Source: Eledone cirrhosa (taxonomy: Eukaryota). Taken from it: DNA of 64,000 nucleotides. The position numbers and the translations under genes were made by a program. The stretch spans positions 19,964,001 through 20,028,000 of the forward strand of contig OZ024742.1 of the NCBI GenBank assembly GCA_964016885.1, written 5' to 3'. Shown one piece after another: positions 49,301 through 61,300 of the stretch (position 1 is the first letter of the stretch; every line of letters starts with the position of its first letter). A model generated the notes under the pieces. The model made no database searches and was not told the DNA's origin. It saw only the letters and a list, made by a program, of their open reading frames with translations.

Positions 49301-52300
49301 GTTGACTTTTTCCTGAGGTTGACTTTGCTCTGAGGTTGACTTTATCCTGAGGTTGACTTTGTCCTGAGGTTGACTTTGCTCTGAGGTTGACTTTGTCCTG
49401 AGGTTGACTTTGTCCTGAGGTTGAATTGGCTCTGAGGTTGACTTTGCTCTGAGGTTCACTTCGTCCTGAGGCTGACTTTGCTCTGAGGTTGACTTTGTCC
49501 TGAGGTTGATTTTGTCCTGAGGTTGACTTTGCTCTGAGGTTGACTTTGTCCTGAGGTTGACTTTGTCCTGAGATTGACTTTGTCCTGAGGTTAACTTTGT
49601 CCTGAGGTTGACTTTGCTCTGAGGTTGACTTTGTCCTGAGGTTGACTTTGCTCTGAGGTTGATTTTGCTCTGAGGTTGACTTTGTCCTGAGGTTGACTTT
49701 GCTCTGAGGTTGACTTTGCTCTGAGGTTGACTTTGCTCTGAGGTTCACTTCGTCCTGAGGCTGACTTTGCTCTGAGGTTGACTTTGTCCTGAGGTTGACT
49801 TTGTCCTGAGGTTGACTTTGCTCTGAGGTTGACTTTGTCCTGAGGTTGACTTTGTCCTGAGATTGACTTTGTCCTGAGGTTGACTTTGCTCTGAGGTTGA
49901 CTTTGCTCTGAGGTTGACTTTGTCCTGAGGTTGACTTTGTCCTGAGGTTGACTTTGCTTTGAGGTTGACTTTGCTCTGAGGTTGACTTTGTCCTGAGGTT
50001 GACTTTGCTCTGATGTTGACTTTTTCCTGAGGTTGACTTTGCTCTGAGGTTGACTTTATCCTGAGGTTGACTTTGTCCTGAGGTTGACTTTGCTCTGAGG
50101 TTGACTTTGTCCTGAGGTTGACTTTGTCCTGAGGTTGACTTTGTCCTGAGGTTGACTTTGTCCTGAGGTTGACTTTGCTCTGAGGTTGACTTTGTCCTGA
50201 GGTTGACTTTGCTCTGAGGTTGACTTTGTCCTGAGGTTGACTTTGCCCTGAGGTTGACTTTGTCCTGAGGTTGACTTTGTCCTGAGGTTGACTCTGCCCT
50301 GAGGTTGACTTTGTCCTGAGGTTGACTTTGCTCTGAGCTTGACTTTGCTCTGAGGTTGACTTTGTCCTGAGGTTGACTTTGTCCTGAGGTTGACTTTGCT
50401 CTGAGGTTGACTTTGCTCTGAGGTTGACTTTGTCTTGAGGTTGACTTTGTCCTGAGGTTGACTTTGCTCTGAGGTTGACTTTGCTCTGAGGTTGACTTTG
50501 TCCTGAGGTTGACTTTGTCTTGAGGTTGACTTTGCCCTGAGGTTGACTTTGTCCTGAGGTTGACTTTGCTCTGAGGTTGACTTTGCTCTGAGGTTGATTT
50601 TGTTCTGAGGTTGACTTTGCCCTAAGGTTGATTTTGCTCTGAGGTTGACTTTGTCCTGAGGTTGACTTTATCCTGAGGTTGACTTTGTCCTGAGGTTGAC
50701 TTTGCTCTGAGGTTCACTTTGCTCTGAGGTTGACTTTGCTCTGAGGTTGACTTTGTCCTGAGGTTGACTTTGTCCTGAGGTTGACTTTGTTCTGAGGTTG
50801 ACTTTGCTCTGAGGATGACTTTGTCCCGAGGTTGACTTTGTCCCGAGGTTGACTTTGTCCTGAGGTTGACTTTGCTCTGAGGTTGACTTTGCTCTGAGGT
50901 TCACTTTGCTCTGAGGTTCACTTAGTCCTGAGGCTGACTTTGCTCTGAGGTTGACTTTGTCTTGAGGTTGACTTTGTACTGAGGTTGACTTTGCTCTGAG
51001 GTTGACTTTGCTCTGAGGTTGACTTTGCTCTGAGGTTCACTTCGTCCTGAGGCTGACTTTGCTCTGAGGTTGACTTTGTCTTGAGGTTGACTTTGTACTG
51101 AGGTTGACTTTGCTCTGAGGTTGACTTTGCTCTGAGGTTGACTTTGTCCTGAGTTTGAATTTGTCCTGAGGTTGACTTTGCTCTGAGGTTGACTTTGTCC
51201 TGAGTTTGAATTTGTCCTGAGGTTGACTTTGCTCTGAGGTTGACTTTGCTCTGAGGTTGACTTTGTCCCGAGGTTGACTTTGTCCCGAGGTTGACTTTGC
51301 TCTGAGGTTGACTTTGCCCTGAGGTTGACTTTGTCCTGAGGTTGACTTTGCTCTGAGGTTGACTTTGCTCTGAGGTTGACTTTGTCCTGAGTTTGAATTT
51401 GTCCTGAGGTTGACTTTGTTCCGAGGTTGACTTGACTCTGAGGTTGACTTTGTCCCGAGGTTGACTTTGTCCCGAGGTTGACTTTGTCCTGAGGTTGACT
51501 TTGCTCTGAGGTTGACTTTGTCCTGAGGTTGACTTTGCTCTGAGGTTGACTTTGTCCTGAGGTTGACTTTGTCCCGAGGTTGACTTTGTCCTGAGGTTGA
51601 CTTAGCCCTGAGGTTGACTTTCTCCTGAGGTTGACTTTGCTCTGAGGTTGACTTTGTCCTGAGGTTGACTTTGTCCTGAGGTTGACTTTGTCCTGAGGTT
51701 GACTTTGCTATGAGGTTCACTTTGTCCTGAGGTTGACTTTGTCCTGAGGTTGACTTTGTCCTGAGGTTGACTTAGCCCTGAGGTTGACTTTGCCCTGAGG
51801 TTGACTTTGCCCTGAGGTTGACTTTGCTCTGAGGTTGACTTTGTCCCGAGGTTGACATTGTCCCGAGGTTGACTTTGCTCTGAGGTTGACTTTGCCCTGA
51901 GGTTGACTTTGCCCTGAGGTTGACTTTGTCCTGAGGTTGACTTTGTTCTGAGGTTGACTTTGCTCTGAGGTTGACTTTGTCCCGAGGTTGACTTTGTCCC
52001 GGGGTTGACTTTGTCATGAGGTTGACTTTGCTCTGAGGTTGACTTTGTCTTGAGGTTGACTATGTCCTGAGGTTGACTTTGCTCTGAGGTTGACTTTGCT
52101 CTGAGGTTGACTTTGTCCTGAGGTTGACTTTGTCCTGATGTTGACTTTGCTCTGAGGTTGACTTTGCTCTGAGGTTGACTTTGTCCTGTGGTTGACTTTG
52201 TCTTGAGGTTGACTTTGTCCTGAGGTTGACTTTGCTCTGAGGTTGACTTTGCCCTGAGGTTGACTTTGTCCTGAGGTTGACTTGGTCCTGAGGTTGACTT

Positions 52301-55300
52301 TACTCTGAGGTTGATTTTACTCTGAGGTTGACTTTGTCCCGAGGTTGACTTTGTCTTGAGGTTGACTTTGTCCTGAGGTTGACTTTGTCCTGATGTTGAC
52401 TTTGCTCTGAGGTTGACTTTGCTCTGAGGTTGACTTTGTCCTGTGGTTGACTTTGCTCTGAGGTTGATTTTGCCCTGAGGTTGACTTTGTCCTGAGGTTG
52501 ACTTTGTCCTGAGGTTGACTTTGCCCTGAGGTTGACTTTGCTCTGAGACTGACTTTGCTCTGAGGTTGACTTTGTCCTGAGGTTGACTTTGTCCTGAGGT
52601 TGACTTTGTCCTGAGGTTGACTTTGCTCTGAGCTTGACTTTGCTCTGAGGTTGACTTTGCTCTGAGGTTGACTTTGTCCCGAGGTTGACTTTGTCCCGAG
52701 GTTGACTTTGTCCTGAGGTTGACTTTGTCCTGATGTTGACTTTGCTCTGAGCTTGACTTTGCTCTGAGGTTGACTTTGCTCTGAGGTTGACTTTGTCCCG
52801 AGGTTGACTTTGTCCCGAGGTTGACTTTGTCCTGCGGTTGACTTTGTCCTGATGTTGACTTTGCTCTGAGGTTGACTTTGCTCTGAGGTTGACTTTGTCC
52901 TGTGGTTGACTTTGTCCTGATGTTGACTTTGTCCTGAGGTTGACTTTGCCCTGAGGTTGACTTTGCTCTGAGGCTGACTTTGCTCTGAGGTTGACTTTGT
53001 CCTGAGTTTGACTTTGTCCTGAGGTTGACTTTGTCCTGAGGTTGACTTTGCTCTGAGCTTGACTTTGCTCTGAGGTTGACTTTGTCCTGAGGTTGACTTT
53101 GTCCTGAGGTTGACTTTGTCCTGAGGTTGACTTTGTCCTGAGGTTGACTTTGCTCTGAGGCTGACTTTGCTCTGAGGTTGACTTTGTCCTGAGGTTGACT
53201 TTGCCCTGAGGTTGACTTTGTCCTGGGGTTGACTTTGTCCTGAGGTTGACTTTGTCCTGAGGTTGAATTGGCTCTGAGGTTGACTTTGCTCTGAGGTTGA
53301 CATTGTCCCGAGGTTGACTTTGTCCCAAGGTTGACTTTGTCCTGAGGTTGATATGCTCTGAGGTTGACTTTGTCCTGTGGTTGACTTTGTCTTGAGGTTG
53401 ACTTTGTCCTGAGGTTGACTTTGCTCTGAGGTTGACTTTGCTCTGAGGTTGACTTTGTCCTGAGGTTGACTTTGTCCTGAGGTTGACTTTGCTCTGAGGT
53501 TGACTTTGCTCTGAGGTTGACTTTGTCCCGAGGTTGACTTTGTCCCGAGGTTGACTTTGTCCTGAGGTTGACTTTGTCCTGATGTTGACTTTGCTCTGAG
53601 GTTGACTTTGCTCTGAGGTTGACTTTGTCCTGTGGTTGACATTGTCCTGAGGTTGACTTTGCCCTGAGGTTGACTTTGTCCTGAGGTTGACTTTGTCCTG
53701 AGGTTGACTTTGCCCTGAGGTTGACTTTGCTCTGAGGCTGACTTTGCTCTGAGGTTGACTTTGTCCTGAGGTTGACTTTGTCCTGAGGTTGACTTTGTCC
53801 TGAGGTTGACTTTGTCCTGGGGTTGACTTTGTCCTGAGGTTGACTTTGTCCTGAGGTTGAATTGGCTCTGAGGTTGACTTTGCTCTGAGGTTGACTTTGC
53901 TCTGAGGTTGACTTTGTTCTGAGGTTGACTTTGCTCTTAGGTTGACTTTGCCCTGAGGTTGACTTTGTCCTGAGGTTGACTTTGCTCTGAGGTTGACTTT
54001 GCTCTGAGGTTGATTTTGTTCTGAGGTTGACTTTGCCCTGAGGTTGATTTTGCTCTGAGGTTGACTTTGTCCTGAGGTTGACTTTATCCTGAGGTTGACT
54101 TTGTCCTGAGGTTGACTTTGCTCTGAGGTTCACTTTGCTCTGCGGTTGACTTTGCTCTGAGGTTGACTTTGTCCTGAGGTTGACTTTGTCCTGAGGTTGA
54201 CTTTGTTCTGAGGTTGACTTTGCTCTGAGGATGACTTTGTCCCGAGGTTGACTTTGTCCCGTGGTTGACTTTGTCCTGAGGTTGACTTTGCTCTGAGGTT
54301 GACTTTGCTCTGAGGTTGACTTTTCTCTGAGGTTCACTTCGTCCTGAGGCTGACTTTGCTCTGAGGTTGACTTTGTCTTGAGGTTGACTTTGTACTGAGG
54401 TTGACTTTGCTCTAAGGTTGACTTTGCTCTGAGGTTGACTTTGCTCTGAGGTTCACTTCGTCCTGAGGCTGACTTTGCTCTGAGGTTGACTTTGTCCTGA
54501 GATTGACTTTGTCCTGAGGTTAACTTTGTCCTGAGGTTGACTTTGCTCTGAGGTTGACTTTGTCCTGAGGTTGACTTTGCTCTGAGGTTGATTTTGCTCT
54601 GAGGTTGACTTTGTCCTGAGGTTGACTTTGCTCTGAGGTTGACTTTGCTCTGAGGTTGACTTTGCTCTGAGGTTCACTTCGTCCTGAGGCTGACTTTGCT
54701 CTGAGGTTGACTTTGTCCTGAGGTTGACTTTGTCCTGAGGTTGACTTTGCTCTGAGGTTGACTTTGTCCTGAGGTTGACTTTGTCCTGAGATTGACTTTG
54801 TCCTGAGGTTGACTTTGCTCTGAGGTTGACTTTGCTCTGAGGTTGACTTTGTCCTGAGGTTGACTTTGTCCTGAGGTTGACTTTGCTTTGAGGTTGACTT
54901 TGCTCTGAGGTTGACTTTGTCCTGAGGTTGACTTTGCTCTGATGTTGACTTTTTCCTGAGGTTGACTTTGCTCTGAGGTTGACTTTATCCTGAGGTTGAC
55001 TTTGTCCTGAGGTTGACTTTGCTCTGAGGTTGACTTTGTCCTGAGGTTGACTTTGTCCTGAGGTTGACTTTGTCCTGAGGTTGACTTTGTCCTGAGGTTG
55101 ACTTTGCTCTGAGGTTGACTTTGTCCTGAGGTTGACTTTGCTCTGAGGTTGACTTTGTCCTGAGGTTGACTTTGCCCTGAGGTTGACTTTGTCCTGAGGT
55201 TGACTTTGTCCTGAGGTTGACTCTGCCCTGAGGTTGACTTTGTCCTGAGGTTGACTTTGCTCTGAGCTTGACTTTGCTCTGAGGTTGACTTTGTCCTGAG

Positions 55301-58300
55301 GTTGACTTTGTCCTGAGGTTGACTTTGCTCTGAGGTTGACTTTGCTCTGAGGTTGACTTTGTCTTGAGGTTGACTTTGTCCTGAGGTTGACTTTGCTCTG
55401 AGGTTGACTTTGCTCTGAGGTTGACTTTGTCCTGAGGTTGACTTTGTCTTGAGGTTGACTTTGCCCTGAGGTTGACTTTGTCCTGAGGTTGACTTTGCTC
55501 TGAGGTTGACTTTGCTCTGAGGTTGATTTTGTTCTGAGGTTGACTTTGCCCTAAGGTTGATTTTGCTCTGAGGTTGACTTTGTCCTGAGGTTGACTTTAT
55601 CCTGAGGTTGACTTTGTCCTGAGGTTGACTTTGCTCTGAGGTTCACTTTGCTCTGAGGTTGACTTTGCTCTGAGGTTGACTTTGTCCTGAGGTTGACTTT
55701 GTCCTGAGGTTGACTTTGTTCTGAGGTTGACTTTGCTCTGAGGATGACTTTGTCCCGAGGTTGACTTTGTCCCGAGGTTGACTTTGTCCTGAGGTTGACT
55801 TTGCTCTGAGGTTGACTTTGCTCTGAGGTTCACTTTGCTCTGAGGTTCACTTAGTCCTGAGGCTGACTTTGCTCTGAGGTTGACTTTGTCTTGAGGTTGA
55901 CTTTGTACTGAGGTTGACTTTGCTCTGAGGTTGACTTTGCTCTGAGGTTGACTTTGCTCTGAGGTTCACTTCGTCCTGAGGCTGACTTTGCTCTGAGGTT
56001 GACTTTGTCTTGAGGTTGACTTTGTACTGAGGTTGACTTTGCTCTGAGGTTGACTTTGCTCTGAGGTTGACTTTGTCCTGAGTTTGAATTTGTCCTGAGG
56101 TTGACTTTGCTCTGAGGTTGACTTTGTCCTGAGTTTGAATTTGTCCTGAGGTTGACTTTGCTCTGAGGTTGACTTTGCTCTGAGGTTGACTTTGTCCCGA
56201 GGTTGACTTTGTCCCGAGGTTGACTTTGCTCTGAGGTTGACTTTGCCCTGAGGTTGACTTTGTCCTGAGGTTGACTTTGCTCTGAGGTTGACTTTGCTCT
56301 GAGGTTGACTTTGTCCTGAGTTTGAATTTGTCCTGAGGTTGACTTTGTTCCGAGGTTGACTTGACTCTGAGGTTGACTTTGTCCCGAGGTTGACTTTGTC
56401 CCGAGGTTGACTTTGTCCTGAGGTTGACTTTGCTCTGAGGTTGACTTTGTCCTGAGGTTGACTTTGCTCTGAGGTTGACTTTGTCCTGAGGTTGACTTTG
56501 TCCCGAGGTTGACTTTGTCCTGAGGTTGACTTAGCCCTGAGGTTGACTTTCTCCTGAGGTTGACTTTGCTCTGAGGTTGACTTTGTCCTGAGGTTGACTT
56601 TGTCCTGAGGTTGACTTTGTCCTGAGGTTGACTTTGCTATGAGGTTCACTTTGTCCTGAGGTTGACTTTGTCCTGAGGTTGACTTTGTCCTGAGGTTGAC
56701 TTAGCCCTGAGGTTGACTTTGCCCTGAGGTTGACTTTGCCCTGAGGTTGACTTTGCTCTGAGGTTGACTTTGTCCCGAGGTTGACATTGTCCCGAGGTTG
56801 ACTTTGCTCTGAGGTTGACTTTGCCCTGAGGTTGACTTTGCCCTGAGGTTGACTTTGTCCTGAGGTTGACTTTGTTCTGAGGTTGACTTTGCTCTGAGGT
56901 TGACTTTGTCCCGAGGTTGACTTTGTCCCGGGGTTGACTTTGTCATGAGGTTGACTTTGCTCTGAGGTTGACTTTGTCTTGAGGTTGACTATGTCCTGAG
57001 GTTGACTTTGCTCTGAGGTTGACTTTGCTCTGAGGTTGACTTTGTCCTGAGGTTGACTTTGTCCTGATGTTGACTTTGCTCTGAGGTTGACTTTGCTCTG
57101 AGGTTGACTTTGTCCTGTGGTTGACTTTGTCTTGAGGTTGACTTTGTCCTGAGGTTGACTTTGCTCTGAGGTTGACTTTGCCCTGAGGTTGACTTTGTCC
57201 TGAGGTTGACTTGGTCCTGAGGTTGACTTTACTCTGAGGTTGATTTTACTCTGAGGTTGACTTTGTCCCGAGGTTGACTTTGTCTTGAGGTTGACTTTGT
57301 CCTGAGGTTGACTTTGTCCTGATGTTGACTTTGCTCTGAGGTTGACTTTGCTCTGAGGTTGACTTTGTCCTGTGGTTGACTTTGCTCTGAGGTTGATTTT
57401 GCCCTGAGGTTGACTTTGTCCTGAGGTTGACTTTGTCCTGAGGTTGACTTTGCCCTGAGGTTGACTTTGCTCTGAGACTGACTTTGCTCTGAGGTTGACT
57501 TTGTCCTGAGGTTGACTTTGTCCTGAGGTTGACTTTGTCCTGAGGTTGACTTTGCTCTGAGCTTGACTTTGCTCTGAGGTTGACTTTGCTCTGAGGTTGA
57601 CTTTGTCCCGAGGTTGACTTTGTCCCGAGGTTGACTTTGTCCTGAGGTTGACTTTGTCCTGATGTTGACTTTGCTCTGAGCTTGACTTTGCTCTGAGGTT
57701 GACTTTGCTCTGAGGTTGACTTTGTCCCGAGGTTGACTTTGTCCCGAGGTTGACTTTGTCCTGCGGTTGACTTTGTCCTGATGTTGACTTTGCTCTGAGG
57801 TTGACTTTGCTCTGAGGTTGACTTTGTCCTGTGGTTGACTTTGTCCTGATGTTGACTTTGTCCTGAGGTTGACTTTGCCCTGAGGTTGACTTTGCTCTGA
57901 GGCTGACTTTGCTCTGAGGTTGACTTTGTCCTGAGTTTGACTTTGTCCTGAGGTTGACTTTGTCCTGAGGTTGACTTTGCTCTGAGCTTGACTTTGCTCT
58001 GAGGTTGACTTTGTCCTGAGGTTGACTTTGTCCTGAGGTTGACTTTGTCCTGAGGTTGACTTTGTCCTGAGGTTGACTTTGCTCTGAGGCTGACTTTGCT
58101 CTGAGGTTGACTTTGTCCTGAGGTTGACTTTGCCCTGAGGTTGACTTTGTCCTGGGGTTGACTTTGTCCTGAGGTTGACTTTGTCCTGAGGTTGAATTGG
58201 CTCTGAGGTTGACTTTGCTCTGAGGTTGACTTTGTCCCGAGGTTGACTTTGTCCCAAGGTTGACTTTGTCCTGAGGTTGATATGCTCTGAGGTTGACTTT

Positions 58301-61300
58301 GTCCTGTGGTTGACTTTGTCTTGAGGTTGACTTTGTCCTGAGGTTGACTTTGCTCTGAGGTTGACTTTGCTCTGAGGTTGACTTTGTCCTGAGGTTGACT
58401 TTGTCCTGAGGTTGACTTTGCTCTGAGGTTGACTTTGCTCTGAGGTTGACTTTGTCCCGAGGTTGACTTTGTCCCGAGGTTGACTTTGTCCTGAGGTTGA
58501 CTTTGTCCTGATGTTGACTTTGCTCTGAGGTTGACTTTGCTCTGAGGTTGACTTTGTCCTGTGGTTGACATTGTCCTGAGGTTGACTTTGCCCTGAGGTT
58601 GACTTTGTCCTGAGGTTGACTTTGTCCTGAGGTTGACTTTGCCCTGAGGTTGACTTTGCTCTGAGGCTGACTTTGCTCTGAGGTTGACTTTGTCCTGAGG
58701 TTGACTTTGTCCTGAGGTTGACTTTGTCCTGAGGTTGACTTTGTCCTGGGGTTGACTTTGTCCTGAGGTTGACTTTGTCCTGAGGTTGAATTGGCTCTGA
58801 GGTTGACTTTGCTCTGAGGTTGACTTTGCTCTGAGGTTGACTTTGTTCTGAGGTTGACTTTGCTCTTAGGTTGACTTTGCCCTGAGGTTGACTTTGTCCT
58901 GAGGTTGACTTTGCTCTGAGGTTGACTTTGCTCTGAGGTTGATTTTGTTCTGAGGTTGACTTTGCCCTGAGGTTGATTTTGCTCTGAGGTTGACTTTGTC
59001 CTGAGGTTGACTTTATCCTGAGGTTGACTTTGTCCTGAGGTTGACTTTGCTCTGAGGTTCACTTTGCTCTGCGGTTGACTTTGCTCTGAGGTTGACTTTG
59101 TCCTGAGGTTGACTTTGTCCTGAGGTTGACTTTGTTCTGAGGTTGACTTTGCTCTGAGGATGACTTTGTCCCGAGGTTGACTTTGTCCCGTGGTTGACTT
59201 TGTCCTGAGGTTGACTTTGCTCTGAGGTTGACTTTGCTCTGAGGTTGACTTTTCTCTGAGGTTCACTTCGTCCTGAGGCTGACTTTGCTCTGAGGTTGAC
59301 TTTGTCTTGAGGTTGACTTTGTACTGAGGTTGACTTTGCTCTAAGGTTGACTTTGCTCTGAGGTTGACTTTGCTCTGAGGTTCACTTCGTCCTGAGGCTG
59401 ACTTTGCTCTGAGGTTGACTTTGTCTTGAGGTTGACTTTGTACTGAGGTTGACCTTGCTCTGAGGTTGACTTTGCTCTGAGGTTGACTTTGTCCTGAGTT
59501 TGAATTTGTCCTGAGGTTGACTTTGCTCTGAGGTTGACTTTGTCCTGAGTTTGAATTTGTCCTGAGGTTGACTTTGCTCTGAGCTTGACTTTGCTCTGAG
59601 GTTGACTTTGTCCCGAGGTTGACTTTGTCCCGAGGTTGACTTTGCTCTGAGGTTGACTTTGCCCTGAGGTAGACTTTGTCGTGAGGTTGACTTTGCTCTG
59701 AGGTTGACTTTGCTCTGAGGTTGACTTTGTCCTGAGTTTGAATTTGTCCTGAGGTTGACTTTGTTCCGAGGTTGACTTGACTCTGAGGTTGACTTTGTAC
59801 CGAGGTTGACTTTGTCCCGAGGTTGACTTTGTCCTGAGGTTGACTTTGATCTGAGGTTGACTTCGCTCTGTGGTTGACTTTGTCCTGAGGTTGACTTTGT
59901 CCTGAGGTTGACTTTGTTCTGAGGTTGATTTTGTCCTGAGGTTGACTTTGTCCTGAGGTTGACTTTGCTCTGAGGTTCACTTTGCTCTGAGTTTGACTTT
60001 GCTCTGAGGTTGACTTTGTCCTGAGGTTGACTTTGTCCTGAGGTTGACTTGGCTCTGAGGTTGACTTTGTCCTGAGGTTGACTTTGTCCTGAGATTGACT
60101 TTGTCCTGAGGTTGACTTTGTCCTGAGGTTGACTTTGCTCTGACGTTTACTTTGTCCTGAGGTTGACTTTGCCCTGAGGTTGATTTTGCTCTGAGGTTGA
60201 CTTTGTCCTGAGGTTGACTTTGCTCTGAGGTTGACTTTGCTCTGAGGTTGACTTTGCTCTGAGGTTCACTTCGTCCTGAGGCTGACTTTGCTCTGAGGTT
60301 GACTTTGTCCTGAGGTTGACTTTGTCCTGAGGTTGACTTTGCTCTGAGGTTGACTTTGTCCTAAGGTTGACTTTGTCCTGAGATTGACTTTGTCCTGAGG
60401 TTGACTTTGTCCTGAGGTTGACTTTGCTTTGAGGTTGACTTTGCTCTGAGGTTGACTTCGTCCTGAGGTTGACTTTGCTCTGAGGTTGACTTTGTCCTGA
60501 GGTTGACTTTGTCCTGAGGTTGACTTTGTCCTGAGGTTGACTTTGTCCTGAGGTTGACTTTGCTCTGAGGTTGACTTTGTCCCGAGGTTGACTTTGTCCC
60601 GAGGTTGACTTTGTCCTGCGGTTGACTTTGTCCTGATGTTGACTTTGCTCTGAGGTTGACTTTGCTCTGAGGTTGACTTTGTCCTGTGGTTGACTTTGTC
60701 CTGATGTTGACTTTGTCCTGAGGTTGACTTTGCCCTGAGGTTGACTTTGCTCTGAGGCTGACTTTGCTCTGAGGTTGACTTTGTCCTGAGTTTGACTTTG
60801 TCCTGAGGTTGACTTTGTCCTGAGGTTGACTTTGCTCTGAGCTTGACTTTGCTCTGAGGTTGACTTTGTCCTGAGGTTGACTTTGTCCTGAGGTTGACTT
60901 TGTCCTGAGGTTGACTTTGTCCTGAGGTTGACTTTGCCCTGAGGTTGACTTTGCTCTGAGGCTGACTTTGCTCTGAGGTTGACTTTGTCCTGAGGTTGAC
61001 TTTGCCCTGAGGTTGACTTTGTCCTGGGGTTGACTTTGTCCTGAGGTTGACTTTGTCCTGAGGTTGAATTGGCTCTGAGGTTGACTTTGCTCTGAGGTTG
61101 ACTTTGTCCCGAGGTTGACTTTGTCCCAAGGTTGACTTTGTCCTGAGATTGATATGCTCTGAGGTTGACTTTGTCCTGTGGTTGACTTTGTCTTGAGGTT
61201 GACTTTGTCCTGAGGTTGACTTTGCTCTGAGGTTGACTTTGCTCTGAGGTTGACTTTGTCCTGAGGTTGACTTTGTCCTGAGGTTGACTTTGCTCTGAGG